The notes: a model not told the origin generated them from the letters alone. A stretch of DNA of 56,085 nucleotides, filler included, from Platydemus manokwari (GCA_037951405.1; 5 parts of 5 records of this genome joined end to end with filler, not necessarily neighbours in it), one strand, 5' to 3'; counted from the whole stretch's first letter, positions 12,961 through 27,639 are shown. Program-made: numbers and translations.

Positions 12961-13478
12961 ATATAGTATAGTTAGTTATGAGAATGACAGTGTCATTTAT
13001 TTTAAAAAAATGTAATTCAAAGCTTTTCAAATCAGACAGATTTCAAAGACAATGTGTAGATATATTTTAGAAAAAAATGAAAATCTTGCTTAATAAATGT
13101 GAGCATTTTTAGGTTTTTATAAACAATTTTTAATCATTTCAAATAAAATAAATGATTAAAATGCTTATGGGTTGAACTTCTTAAATCGTTTTCAATTTCG
13201 ATTTAATTGAATAATAGCAGCCGACCGTAATTAAGGATAAAAATTGGCAAACTTACTTAGGCTATTAAATTAAAATTTAATATCTCAGTAATTATTGGAA
13301 ATTATTTTATTCTATATTTTTATTATGCAATTTAAAGAAGAAGATTGAAAATTTTGCCACGATTAATTTTTATATTAAACAATTTATGTAACAATGTAGA
13401 TTTTGTTTAAAATTCATATATTTATCATTCAACGGATATAAATATAAGTTATTCGAAGTTGTATTACATCGAATAATA

Positions 13479-15110
13479 ATGAGACATTTAATATTATTCT
13501 TTCTTGTTCCTGGTTATATTTTATAATTGTTAATTACGTAATATTACAATTATATTTTCAGCCTGTTTTGGATTTGATTTCGATTGTCTGAAAGGACCGG
13601 ATTTTTGGTGTGCAAAGTTTGCTAATGCACAAAAGTGTGGTAAAATCACGGAATGTTTTCTGGAAAATAAGCACCAACAAAATGTAATTCAGATTATTAT
13701 TCCAGTATTTGTCATAAAAAAACATTTAGAATAAAATGAAAGAAATCTATGTCAGTTCTCAAAATGGAATTCTATGTGATATATGTTTAAAAGCTGTTGA
13801 TTATGTTGAAGATAAATTTAATGGTTTCACACAACAAGAATTCGTTACAAGCTTGACTAACATGATTTGTGAAAATCTTCATGGTGAATCTCAAGCGCTT
13901 TGCAAATTCATTGTCGACCAGTATGGACCTTATCTTTACAACGAAATCATAATTTTGACGGTAAAAAATAGTGAATTAAATGCTTGTAATCTATTGATTT
14001 GTTCAGAAACCAACTAAATTATGTAATTTTATCCATGCTTGTACAAACGATAAGGTCGATTGGCAAAAGGAAATATTTGGAAAATATAAATTGACAAATA
14101 ATGAGACATGCACAAAATGCAAAGAGGTTTTCGCATTTCTTGAATCAGCTTTTAGCAAAATGTCACCAGATGAATTTAAATTGCTATTGGAAGGATTGGT
14201 TTGTTCACAGCTTCCAAGTGAATTGAAAGCAACATGCAATTTGCTTCTCGATAATTTTTCGGCACAACTTTATGAATTGATTAAATCAATTTTGGTGTGA
14301 TTTATATATTATTTAATAATTATAATAAAAACCCAATAGGATGGCAATCGTATGTGTTCATTGTTTCATCTGTGTACAAATACACGGACCAATAAGATCG
14401 ATTATTCAAAGGAAATATTTGGCAAATATAAATTGACAAATAATGAGACATGCACGAAATGCAAAGAGGTTTTCTCATTTCTCGAATCAATTTTTACCAA
14501 AATGACACCAGATGAATTTAAACAGTTATTGGAAGGATTGGTTTGTTCACAGCTTCCAAGTGAATTGAGATCAACATGCAATATGCTTCTCGATAATTTC
14601 TCCTCACAACTTTATGAATTGATTAAATCAGTTTTGGTATGATTTCTATAATTATATATTATTTTATAAATATAATCAAATATAATTCATTAGGATGGTA
14701 ATCGTATGTGTTCGTTGTTTCATCTCTGTACCAGCGTACAACCATCGACTGTCAATGTTTGGACTTGTCAAACATGTGTCGATGTTATGACGGTTTTAAA
14801 GAAAGATTTGGTCAATGTATCGGAAGGAGATTTGGCCAATTTTGCTAAATCGAGTGTATGTTCAAAAATGTCATTCCTTGTGAAGGGTGTTTGTAATGAT
14901 TATGTCAATAGTTTGACACCTGTGTTCTATAATGATATCCATTCTAGTCTTGTATGGAATATTTAATTGTTTGATTTATTATTAACATTGATGATTGTGT
15001 AGACTCCTCAACAGATTTGTAGCAAGAATCACATATGTGCATCTCCGAAAGTAAAGACATCTCCTAAAGTAAAGACATCGGTAAGCATCAGTGATATAGT
15101 TTTATTGTAA
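13479..15110 (+). CDS. PSAP: Prosaposin-like precursor: signal peptide, one SapA and four SapB domains, 7 exons
   Basis: Signal-like MRHLILFFLVPACFG, then SapA (CLKGPDFWC...AQKCG...C) and four six-Cys SapB repeats (CDIC, CTKC, CTKC, CQTC). Each SapB is interrupted by a phase-0 intron before its last Cys pair. Short GT-AG introns keep the frame. Stop TAA at 15108-15110, although an extra intron at GTAAGC near 15082 cannot be excluded. Confidence 0.9.
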
Positions 15111-18100
15111 TGTTATATAATTATTTAATGGATCTAATAGTTATGAGGCTTTACTGATTGATTATTTGCTTAGTTTAACAGATCATTCATTAATATATCT
15201 GTTTTGTGGTCCTTTCTGTATATCAATATTGAATAGGAATTTTAATTGATCATTTAATAAGTTTAAATATAGATAAAAAATAGTGATTATGAATAATAAG
15301 CGACTCCAAAGTTTAATACATGTAAAAATGTAATCAGAATCAGTTCAAAGGTATAAGTGACAATAGACATACTCAATAACAGTTACAAATCAGATCATAT
15401 TGTGTATTTATTAACCGGAATGAAATATTTTTAAAAATAATTTGTTTTTGTGCTTTTATTCAGGACTTATAAACCAATGTTCAAAAATATGTCAGAGTTT
15501 GAAACGAGCATACCAATTTGAGAACATCGTGAGTAATTTTATATAAATAATTAGAAGCAATTACAGTTATTAGTACATTGTTTTACAGTAAGTATTTAAA
15601 AAAAATATTATGATTTTTAACAATCGAACATGAAAATGTTATTTTCAAAATTTAATAATTCAAGAAATTATTCCAGACTTCGGTAATCCTCGAATTTGAG
15701 AGTCCTCATTGACGACCGCTGTAAGTCTATACAATGCTTAGCCATTAGTTTATAGATGATCTCCTTTCTCGAGCAATTTACCTTGACAATGGGCATAGAG
15801 CTTTTTTCCTTTGTTTTACTTTTGTAAATCGGATTTTTTAAATAAACTTATTCTACTTTCGTTTCGATTCGATCGGTTAGGGAAACTTTATGATATTACT
15901 TTATAATTTCAATGGTTCTATTAAGTAATATAGACACAACATTCCTTTGATTATCATTTGGGAGATTTTCAAAATTTTTAATTAATATCAAACGCGTTGA
16001 TTTGACTTTAAACATCGGAGATCGATATTTCGTATATGATGTTCAGTATCATTATTGATATAAGTTGTCTCGTGGGTAAATTAATAAAATAATCTTATAA
16101 TGTATCTCAAAATTTCGATTTCTTCATTGCATGCGAAACAGATCTTTAAAAATAATTTACAAATTTGATGTAACGTCTCGATATTGTCATAGAAAGAGTC
16201 TTCACTGACCTATTAATAAGATTTTAATTTAATTAAATTATTAGAAACCTATGAGAGCATGATTTTATTTTTGAAAGAATAAGATAGTATCTTTTTATTT
16301 TAATCCAAAATAACAGATATTATTATTAAAAAATACAAATACTGATAATAGTATTTTTATTCTAAATGTTAAGAATTAAATTTATTCTCTCCTCTCAATA
16401 GGAAGGTCATCACTTTATTTATTACCTCATTTATTTGCATGGACAATGCTCTTAAGCATGAGGAATTGAAAATTATCGCATTAACCAGACATTTGAAGTT
16501 TAATGTTGAGAGAAAACCCCTCTCCAAATAGTTTAAATTTTTAATTAACCTTTATATAATTTAAAATAAATCTAAAAATATAAACGAACTTAAGTAAAAG
16601 ACATCAAATAATTCATGTTGCCATGAAATGTTGGAAAATTAATGGTTTCAATTGAGGTGCTAATAAACTCATAAAACGCGTGGTAAACACTTGGAAAACA
16701 AGAAAAGTAATCAGAATGGATAAAATCACACTTAATTCTTTGCTCAAAAAGCGAAGAAGAGCTATCCGAATTGTAATTAATTCCAATTCGAATTGATAAC
16801 AGTGAACTTCCAGTTCAGCGAAAATGAAGTTTATTCTGTGATCTACACTGTCAAAATTGTCTTTCTTCTAAATTATCAACTGATCAATTCTTTAGTTTTA
16901 TAACAGTCGAGTGACATTAGTTCATTTTTTGTGTTTGTTTTTATTAATATTATCTTTAAGAGACCACATGATTCGAAAAAGATTAACAACATATCTTTTA
17001 TTCATATTTATTTTATTTGTATTATTAGAAGTGTTAGATTCTCGATGGGATATATTATCATAAAACATGAATAATTTAGTTTTCTCATGCTTAATCAAGA
17101 CATTAGAATCAATGTTTTTGAAGATAATGATTCCATATCTAAGCACTTAATCTATCTCCTATGATTTCATAACAACTAGAATATCCTAAAGCCTATTTCA
17201 ATGATAGGAAATAAGAAAAATTCTTAAACAATTATTCGATATTTATCGTTATCGTAATAGTTTTACATGTCGAAAAATGAACACATTTAATCGTCCTTCA
17301 TTTTAATAAATTTAAATTTCATAAATAGTCCCATCTTAATCATTACACTCTGGTATAAACACATTTACAAATTAGTTTTGAAGATTTCTTGATTTAAAAG
17401 TTTCAAAAATATACTCCTTTCTTGACATTTTGAATGATTAGCAAATTTTATCTTAGCTGTTTAGAGATTGTTTCTTTTAATTCAATAAAGATGATAATAC
17501 TTACTTGATGATAAATCTTCTGAAAGCAATGGCATTTATTTCATTCAACTCAAACAACATTTATCAGTTCTCACAATCAATTCCCCCACTAGATGTTGCC
17601 AAACAATTTTTACAAATTTATTTTGGCAATCTCCAATACTTTTGACTGGTTTTTTTATTAATGTTCTAGTATGTAATCCTGGAAGAAAGTTCATCAAAAG
17701 CTTCCAATTTCGATTCTTTATCATTATAATCTTTGTATGTATTTCTTGACAAATTTTCTAACCCAGTAACAATGAATCTGGTTGGTAATCATAAACTCTT
17801 TCAAAATAACACTGAAAACATTTATCCTAAAACCTTTATCAGAAAAACCTTTTGGTCAATTGTGCTTCAAGCGAACTCAATATTTAAATTAAACTGTCAA
17901 CAACTAAAATAGATTCTGATATGAATATGGTTGATCAGTATATAAATATTGATTGTAATAAATAAATTAAAATCAAATTATCGATCAATATTAAATTTTA
18001 TATCGATTTATTTAAAATATTTCATAATTTTTGTCCAGATAAGATAAAAATATCTTTAAAAAATTTCCTATTTATATAATAATATCAGAAATATAATTTA

Positions 18101-19196
18101 AAAAAATATGGAGCTAATGTATTTGTAATAATTATTGAACACCACCAATGCAGTGTTAGACATTTTCATTGACTTTTGGTTGAAAATATTTCATTCTGTC
18201 TATACAAGGTCTCTGATAATTTGTCTTATGAATGAGTGACAATTCTAAATATCAGTCGATCGATTAATCTTTTTCGTTGTCCCTTACACTCATCAGTATT
18301 GGAAAGGATTTCAAGTTAACCATTTTATTATTTTATTTTATATCCACAGTTTCGAATCGACGGGTCACTTTTCACTTGACTGTTTTATTGCATCTTCTCC
18401 CCATATTAGCGTATTTCTAGCAGTCTGCATTTATATTTTTCAAGTGATGAATAATCGATCTTATGGCGAGATTATTATTTGCAAGCTTTGCATTTACTAT
18501 CGTTTTAAGTATTCTCAAATTACTATATCGTTTTCCTTGACCATAAAAATTTATTTCTGGATGATTTGATTTCACATACATTTCTGCTGTTGTGTTCTTC
18601 AAGTTTTATTTTTAAAAATTATCTCTTCTCCTCTTACTGTACAGCTGTATATAATCGAAATTCATTAAGGTGAATTCATTAACCGAATAGCATTTTATTT
18701 TTTGTAATATTTTGTTATTAGCAATTATCTTTTTACAGTTTTAGTATCATGATGATATCACGTGAATATATAAACATTAACACATCTGTTTTCGATTTGC
18801 TAAATACTTTGTGAGTTTCGAGACCCGGAAAATGATTTTATAGCGTCTTATGACATCTTAAAACTAGATATATATAAAAGACTTGTACTTGATTGTTTAC
18901 TGCTTATTGTATGTATTTTTTGATTATTTTATTTGATAATTGCAACCTCTGATTGATCTCTTCAATTCATTGAATATAAAATGGTATTTTAAAGAAATTT
19001 AAAGGATAAGTCTTTGTCGAAATCAATTCTGATACATTTATATCCTGGAAACTCTACATAATATACACTGCAATATTTTATCGATTATGGTGTGATATAT
19101 TTCAATTAATATTGAGTAAAAACAATCTTTAAATCAGACAGACCATCGATTCTTCTTGTATAAATATATTTTGTTTAAATAATACAGCAATTTAAA

Positions 19197-19282
19197 ATGT
19201 CCAATTTTGTTCCTAATAAACGACATTTGCGGGAAGTAATGTTGCATTACTTTTTTGCAAAGAAAACCGCTGCAGAAACACA
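19197..19282 (+). mobile_element. Mariner transposase N-terminus (Mos1/mauritiana-like), cut by the contig end
   Basis: Translates as MSNFVPNKRHLREVMLHYFFAKKTAAET, closely matching the Mos1 N-terminus MSSFVPNKEQTRTVLIFCFHLKKTAAES. Confidence 0.88.
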
Positions 19283-19382
19283 NNNNNNNNNNNNNNNNNN
19301 NNNNNNNNNNNNNNNNNNNNNNNNNNTTAATTAATTAANNNNNNNNNNNNNNNNNNNNNNNNNNNNNNNNNNNNNNNNNNNN
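19283..19382. other. Artificial contig linker
   Basis: N-run with central TTAATTAATTAA, 100 nt. Confidence 0.98.
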
Positions 19383-19839
19383 AAGACAAGTTTTTATCAA
19401 CGTAATAAGGTTACGTAATTTAATAATTAAGACCAATTTTACATAATCAGTGCGACCTATTGCAATCTATCATGCATTAAGTTGGGATAAGTTTAACAAA
19501 TTTACCTTGGTTACATAATTGCAATTATAAATAAGATTAATAAAAAAATTAAATAAAAAATGTTATTCTATTGGTTATTCAAATACTTTTTTAGAAAAAA
19601 ATTAAAAATATCGTCCCTTTACAATTTAAATTATTTTAAAAAATAATTTTTCCATTTTTCTTCATTGATTAAAAAAATAATTTAATTCATTATAATATTA
19701 ATGTAATAATAAATTAAATCGATACGGTTTAAATAATAAACTTTCAATTTAAATCAATATTTCATTGAAGATATCTAAATTTAACAGCATCTTATTAAAA
19801 TAGGACATTTTAACAAATTGAATTTTATTAAAATCTTAC

Positions 19840-20714
19840 TCTTTTCACTTTTTGAAAATACAATTCCGGATAATTATGAAGCCAATAACAAATCTAGAAC
19901 AGATCATGAATTGTGAATATTTCTCACCGATATCTTACTTGAAATATGAAATAGAATTTCACCCAAAATCTGAAACACAAAATGTTAACCATTTCAAAAA
20001 TATCGATTGTAACTCACGTTAATGGAATATTAGGATAAGTATCCCATAAATCGCTTAAACTCGTGAGATATTTCTCCGTATATATTATATAAGCACCCCA
20101 TATCGCTGACACTAGATAAAATACTGCCAATTGGCCTGACTCATTGAATTTGCTGTATTTTGTCTTTGATAAATGTAATTTCTTATTTAGTTTCTATAAC
20201 CAAATATAAAATTTAAGCACTCATAATTCAATAATATTTTTAAAAAGTTATTTTTATAATTTGTAAAAGTTTAATTTCAAAAAATCAAATATTTCAAATA
20301 ATTACATCTAATCCATATTCCTGTATTACAGCATGAATAACAATACAAATCAATGTATAAAAAAAGCTGCAAAGGACATCTTTACGACCAGGAAGATAAA
20401 GATTTTCCATTTTATTTGGTAATGATTCTAACATAACAAAATAAATTAACTTTAAGAAATCTAACAAAATAATTTGTACCATTATTCGTTGCATTATGAC
20501 TCATCACTACAAACATAGAAGCCAATGGAGTAGTAACCTAAAGAAAAATTCATACTTGAGCTTTAAATTTTTAAGATAAACTAACTTTGAACATTAGTCC
20601 CATAACAACAATCATTGCTACAAAACTAATTATATCACCATGATTTTGAATAATATATTCATGGGAAAAGTAAGATAAATTTTTATTTTTCTTTCTCGAC
20701 AATTTGGCGTTCAT
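19840..20714 (-). CDS. TRAM1: Translocating chain-associated membrane protein (TRAM1/2 family), N-terminal six exons; 3' half not recognised before the contig edge
   Basis: Spliced translation MNAKLSRKKNKNLSYFSHEYIIQNHGDIISFVAM...FFYTLICIVIHAVIQEYGLD...LHLSKTKYSKFNESGQLAVFYL...FWVKFYFIFQICYWLHNYPELYFQKVKR matches TRAM hallmarks (SHEFxxQNHxDI, HAVIQEY, SKFNESGQL, PELYFQK). Mostly missed by the ORF track because the exons are small. Confidence 0.93.
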
Positions 20715-23700
20715 AGTGCAATTAAATGAACCACGTCAAAAAAATTAATGTTTGTAAACGTTACAGAAAGCTTTAAATTAAAACAAATGCAAACGTTTCA
20801 AGTGACTTGGCCTTGTAAAAAGTTGATTTATTATTTAGTAGGGTTTAATTTAATAAATCAATTTAAGAATTATTTTAACAAAATTTTAATTTTTCTTATC
20901 AATAGAAGATTTTTGGTTATAATTATTTTTTATCAGTAAAGAAACAAATTACAACTTAATTAATGTTTTTATTCTGAAGGTACAAATCATTTAAAAAATA
21001 ACAAAATTGGAATATATTTTTAGGCTTAAATTAATAATAAAGGTGCTTTGCCTTAATTTCAATGTAATGATTTTTCGTGTATTATTTAATGTAAAAATTC
21101 ATTTATAATGATATTTTAATCATACTTTGACTAAATATCCTATTTTAGATGTAAAGAATAAAAACTGATAATTTCTATAAGAAAAGCAACAATCACAATT
21201 TAATGTCGATTTAGTGACTCGAGCATAAATGTTTCGGTTATCCGGATTCACAAAGCACTTCGGATGATTCAAAGTGCTATTTTTATAACTTAAGATTGAA
21301 AGGCATCTCATAAAACTTAAAAGTGGCTGATCTGGCTTTATTCACTATCATTTAAATATAAAGTAATTCTTTAATTCCTTTAATTCTTTTTAAATAAAAA
21401 GGATAAGAAATCCAGAAATCATAAAATTTTATAATAATTTTTTAATATTTAGTTTTATTCTGAGGTTTTTTTTTATCATTCTCCTATAGTGGATTTATCT
21501 ACCATATTCCAGTTGATAATTCACATTTTATTATGTCAGATAGGAACTAAATAGAATGGTTAAACTAAGTTCCTATTCTAATCTTAAGATTTCTAAATGA
21601 TTTTTTGAATATAAAATTAAAATTTTAAAATTTATAAATCGACTTATTAAACTTTTTATTTGTTTAATAATCTAATATTACTTATTTTTATAAAATAATT
21701 GTAAAAATTGAGAGTATCTCTCAACTTACGTCCAATGTTAAAAAAAGAGTCCTAACAATTTTTCAAAAATTTCAATTTGACCTAATTCGATCCGTTTTTC
21801 AAATAATCAAAGTAATTTAATAAAAGAATAGATATCATTAAATAAACTAAATAGATTTTTGCATTATACTCAAGGAATGAAGTTTATTTTAGAACCCCTT
21901 TACTTAACTTCAGCTTATTTTAGGAATAAATAGGATTAAATGTGTAATGATTTTCTTGTTTATTTAAAAAATGTTCTTAATTCAGGTGTAATCATCCATC
22001 CTGACGAATGTATGGATAATTAAATCTAGTTCTTTAAAATTGATATTAAGTCGTTATGTAAGTTAATGCAAACCATGTATTTTAAATATTTCAGACAAGG
22101 GGCAAAGTAAAGATAATCAACGTGGAAGCACAATTTTCTGAATAATGTTTCATTATTTATTGGTTGTCATATTAACTACGACATGATAATCCAGGACTTT
22201 GGATTATTTGATTTATCTTTTTTGCTTTTTATCAAAAACAATTAATTATTTTTGATAATTTCTCCATTATTCTATGTATTATTAGTCTGATGAGGCATGC
22301 GTAGAATGGCAAAGGGATTAATAAAGATATTTTGCTATTTTGATTTTTGAAAATCGTATAATATGGAGGTCTAAAATGACAATGACTCAACCATCAGCCA
22401 GTGTTTTAAAATAAAGTATTAAAATAAACCCACAATCATCTATAATGGAAACTATTGTGTTTCTTGAAAAATTTTCGTAATAAAATAATTTTGGTTTAAT
22501 CTTTGATTTTTGATGTTGTTTTATAAATTAATATAATTGGAACCGCTATTACGAATTTAAAGCATTACTATTCGGTTGGTCTAAAAAGTTGTTAGCAAAT
22601 TTATTCTATATTTTACTATGACTCACTCAACTCTAATTTTTGGAGGTTCGGATATCAAATTTAATTTAATTTATCAAAATTGTTAGTAGTTGAATGATTC
22701 GAAGATTTCAACGATTTTAGTAATGATAAGATTTTTATTAAATGTTCTGTCAATAGAAAATGAAGAAGGCTTGATATATCTCTTTATTATCAAGTTGTTC
22801 TTTAATTTATTTGACATTAATCAAGATATAATTTGAATTATAAAAATACTATTTAATCTGAAAATAGCTGAAAATATGAGTTAATAGATTTAAAAATAGT
22901 GATAGTCGCACAATAATTTGTTTTCAATTAAATAAAGTTCATAGTTAAGCTGCTACAAAAGTTTGTATTGTGTATCGCTGGACCTTCATGGGAATATATC
23001 CGGCTTGTTTACCAAATAAGCCCTCACAATAAAATAGAAGAGGGGATGATATTAAAGGAATAATTTATCAAGTTCTTAGGGTATGAAATAGTTTCAGAAA
23101 ATGATAGTTAATTATAAACAAAAATTTATTCGTGTTATCACAATTAATTATCACTGAAATCGAGAATGAATGTTGAAACATCGTTAATTTCAAATTAATG
23201 TCTACAATAGTGTTGCAGAATGAGAATTGGGATTTTTGTGCGAGCTTACTATTTTATGATCTACTATGGAAATGGAATGATTTTTATTCCATGAGCGATT
23301 CATCTTTTGTGTCTGATGAGCTGACATATGCCGATTGGTGATCTATTGATTCAGACTTTGACTTTCCTTTTCATTTGTTGCAAACGTCCTGTCCGACATC
23401 AAATCTATCCCACACAAGATTTCTTTTGACACCTTGATGCACGCTTTAAATTCTCCAATAGGATTTTTGCAAATTTTTAAACTACAATTAATAAAATTGG
23501 ATAACAAATGAGTGTTTCCCCGTCAACACTTCAAAAATTCTGCTCTCTTGGACAATAAAGTAAAATAAGTTTCCTTGTGTTAGTGTAATACCAAACAGGC
23601 TTTCTCAAATTTTCTCGGTGACTTTATTTGGGTTACACGGGACCGCATGAAGTGTAAAGACAACCTTCTCAACCTGGTACGCGCTCTATACAATGTTATG

Positions 23701-26700
23701 TGTACAAAATTATAATAAACATGTTAGCAGACCATATCCAATTTTGTGAAAATTGAGGCAAAGGTTTCTTTTTTCTCTGACACTTGATTAAATACTGATT
23801 CTTTCTTTTTTCATACAAGCATCCAAAATCCTATTATACAGTAAGAGGTGATTTTTTAAGATTAGGGTATGCTGATAGCATAGTTATTATAAATAGCTAG
23901 AACCAGAATATATAAAACCAAAGGTTCAACTTCATTATACATTAAACATAAAGCATCCTTTTAAAATTTAATTTCAATATGATAATCATGTTGTCATTGT
24001 TTTTCGCGTGGTAGATTTAACAATCTTTGATAAAGATAACTTGTATCAGTATTTCAGTAATTCAAAGAATATATTTATGGCTTACTCACAACTTGCAATC
24101 ATGGACTATCAATTTCTTGCAAATTATCCACCCTAAATGATATAAGCATTTATGACGTTCAATCACTCTCGATGGCGATGTGATTTGTGATTGGTGATGT
24201 CATCTTAGTTCTTCTTATGGACATCTATCAGTGGGCATGCTACCTGGCTACAGATATGATAAAAGCGCACTTGACTATTATGGTGTTTCTTTGTTACAAG
24301 GTGATTGACAGCATCAACATTTCTTATATTTATGACCTTCATAAACTTGGTGGTTTGTGAAATATGCCAGTGTTGGTGAATATTATTTATGGTATTATAA
24401 TACAGGCTATTATTGGTGGCTATTTATCTCTCAATTAGTAAATCTTGGTTTCCCAAACGCCAAAACAAAAACAATTTTGCAAAAACTGAGAAACCAATGT
24501 TAAGTACAAATTCAGAGCAAATCAAATATCATCTTAAAAATTCGTCAGGATTTTTCAGGATTTATCTGCAGTCAAGAGGTAATTTAAATATAATCGCAGA
24601 GCTATGTGTCAATGGAGATGGAAAAATACTTACTCTAAGTCATATAACATATGTCAATTTCGATAAAATATCAACCAAGAGGGCATTGTCCAGTCAACCG
24701 CATTGGGAAATTTATTTAGGCAGCTGATGTAGCTATAATACATAAATTTTTAAAATTTATATGATTTTAGTGTTTCTTAAAAGGAGAAATAGAAAAGGAT
24801 AAACTATATCGAGATATATATTTACAAAGTCACTTTATGTGTACCACTCAAAATATTTCATGAGAAATCTTCTAATTTTTTGGCGGAACATAAATAAGAG
24901 ATTCATCATAAATCCAATAATAATACTGGTTAGAAAAAGAAAATTATTTATAACAGAATTTTATAGCAGCTATTCATGTTGATTCATTTAATTATTCTTT
25001 ACTAAATAGTCATAGAAATGCGATCAGACTTTAGAACAGTTTCAGTTTATTCAGAAACCCATGGATTACCTGTTGTAAACATTGATTGTCATTTTAATTC
25101 GGAATCATTTTTCTTTCAAATTGAAACTTCAAACCTAAATTGATTTTCAGAAAGGTCTGTTAATTGAAACTAGCCAGAATGAAAGTCGGAGACTGTGCAT
25201 CAAATTATCCAAAGTCTACTTGACTAATTTTCTAGACGAGTACCACAGAGCCATGATTTCATTATGTGGTATTTGGGAATAAGTGTCGATTGGATTTAAT
25301 TCAATTTGTTGCAACTCAGCTATTAATAATGGTGACAGAGAAAATATTTATATTTTATAAATTATCTAGGAGCATAAAGTCTGTAGTTATCTGCATGATT
25401 TTGGTAATTGAACGAAAATAAAATCTTAAGAGCCGTTTGCGAAGTGTATTTCTACGTTGCTACTTCTTACCATACGAATTATTTACCTTCAGAGCTCAAA
25501 TAACTAATATTATGCCTAAAATCCTATTCTTTAGACTCAATGAAGGTATAACTCTTGCACACGTAAAAATGCTTGCACACAAATTTCAAAATTTGCTTGA
25601 AATAACAATAAAACACAATATTATGTCATATCGAGTATAAAAAAATCTCGCACAAAGTAATGATCAGTATTACCTTTTAATATTTACTTAAATTCTATTT
25701 AGGCAGAGCACACGACTAAACAATGACGCATATACATGAATTGACTAATTCTAGTTGACAGAAATGGATCATTTCAATGAGAACTTTGAAAATGAAAAGA
25801 TTAAATAGAGGTTGAGGACACACTACACACGCAAACTCTTGACCATAAATGTTCTAATAAACGTAGCTAATTGCCATTGGAACCCCATGGGAATGCGATA
25901 TTAATTTATATGGTTAAACTCGCTGAATACCATGAGTAAATTCGGTTAATAAACTTTTAAAATCAAAATCTTGTACATTATTAAGCAGTTAGAAGAGTTA
26001 AATAACTTATTAATTAGTTCCACTTTTCCCCTTTAGATTTGAAAGCATCTTACGATCTTAAGATAAAATTTGATTGTTGAAGAGTTCAGAATGTGCAGAA
26101 ATATCCAAATGTGTGAATCTACTTGTTCCACATATCACTAGTTTATTCTTAAAATCCGTCTTCCAAATGATTCCACAAATAATTCGTCTTAATATATTTC
26201 ACCACAGAATATTAGAAAAAGTCTTGTATAAATTCCACTATTTATTTCGTATCCATAGTGTCAAATTATGGTTAATTTATTCGATTATTTAGTATTTTCA
26301 TAATAAACATTTAAAATATTCAGAAATAATTCGCTCTGTAATTATAATTTTAATAGTCTAATCATTTTCTAATATTAATCAATTTTATTCCTTTTTATCA
26401 TTTCAGATTAGATTTCAGATTGAAGATATTTGCATTTATAAAAGATACATCAGATTTTTTTTAAGAAAGACAAAAATAACACAGAATTAATTTCAAAGGT
26501 TATTTATTACGGTTAGGTTTATAAAGTCTTTATGTAGTCAAGTGGACTTCTATCGGGTTCCGAACTAATCTAGACTCAACATGGGTTTCGTTTTAATTGT
26601 CATTTATAACTTATTTGATCGGTTCTAGTTCGTGATTAAACGCTACAAGGCTGTAACATTCTCTTAATAATTATCGAACACTGTTTTAAACATTCGATAT

Positions 26701-27639
26701 ATGTGATGTTCACACAATATCTGATTTTATGTATATAGTTCTATATATAACAGGGTTTTAGGTTTTGATATTTTTATAGCTCACAGATTCATATCAAATC
26801 ACCAACAGGTTAACTAATATTTCATTTTATCACAATGAAGAACTTAAAAAATTTCAAAACCATTTAAAAATTAAGAAAATACTTGGAAAAAAGAAAAAGC
26901 AACTTCCTAGCCTAGAGATATTTTGAGATATACTCGTTTTTTGTTGGACTATAGAAAAAGGAATAATCGACAATAACATTAAATGGGGTAAAATATTTTG
27001 ATCAGAACCAGACTATTAATAGATAGACGACTAAGATGATAAAAATAAAGAATCAAATAAAGCATCATCGATAACTTTTATAGAATTGTTATAAAATAAA
27101 ATTCTGAACTATTTAAAATTAAATAGATAAATAGATATAAATAAAGTTGACGCTGAATAAGTTTGTCATTAAAACGTCAAATATTAATATTAAATAAATA
27201 CGAGAAATTCGAATAAAATTGTGGTAATGTATATAACAAAAAAATAGCTGCACCCCATGGGTAGTTCAGGATTTCCAATTCAATTCATTGATTTATTATA
27301 TTCAATTCATTGATGCAAAGAATTTTAATCAGAAATTTATGATTGCTACATATCTGCCATATGAAAAAATAATGACAGTATTTATCAATCACTGTGGTCT
27401 ATTTTACAAAGCAAAGAAGCAATATCTATGGTATTTATTGAGCTTACGTTGGATCTATTCAATTAAACTTTCTATTGAAGAAATTTGCCCAAAATCTGAC
27501 TGTTATCAAATGGAATTGTAAAATAACCAATACAAATTTTTAGAAATCCAATAATTCGGATAATTTTTATATAAATAGAATCATATAGATTAATTATTGG
27601 TATCTCTTTTAATTTTCCATCTAAATCCTTATTTCATCC

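Noticed and set aside
23200-23760. Possible piggyBac N- and C-terminal remnants (SPIGFLQIF; NKHV)
   Set aside because: The motifs are too short and broken to support a call.
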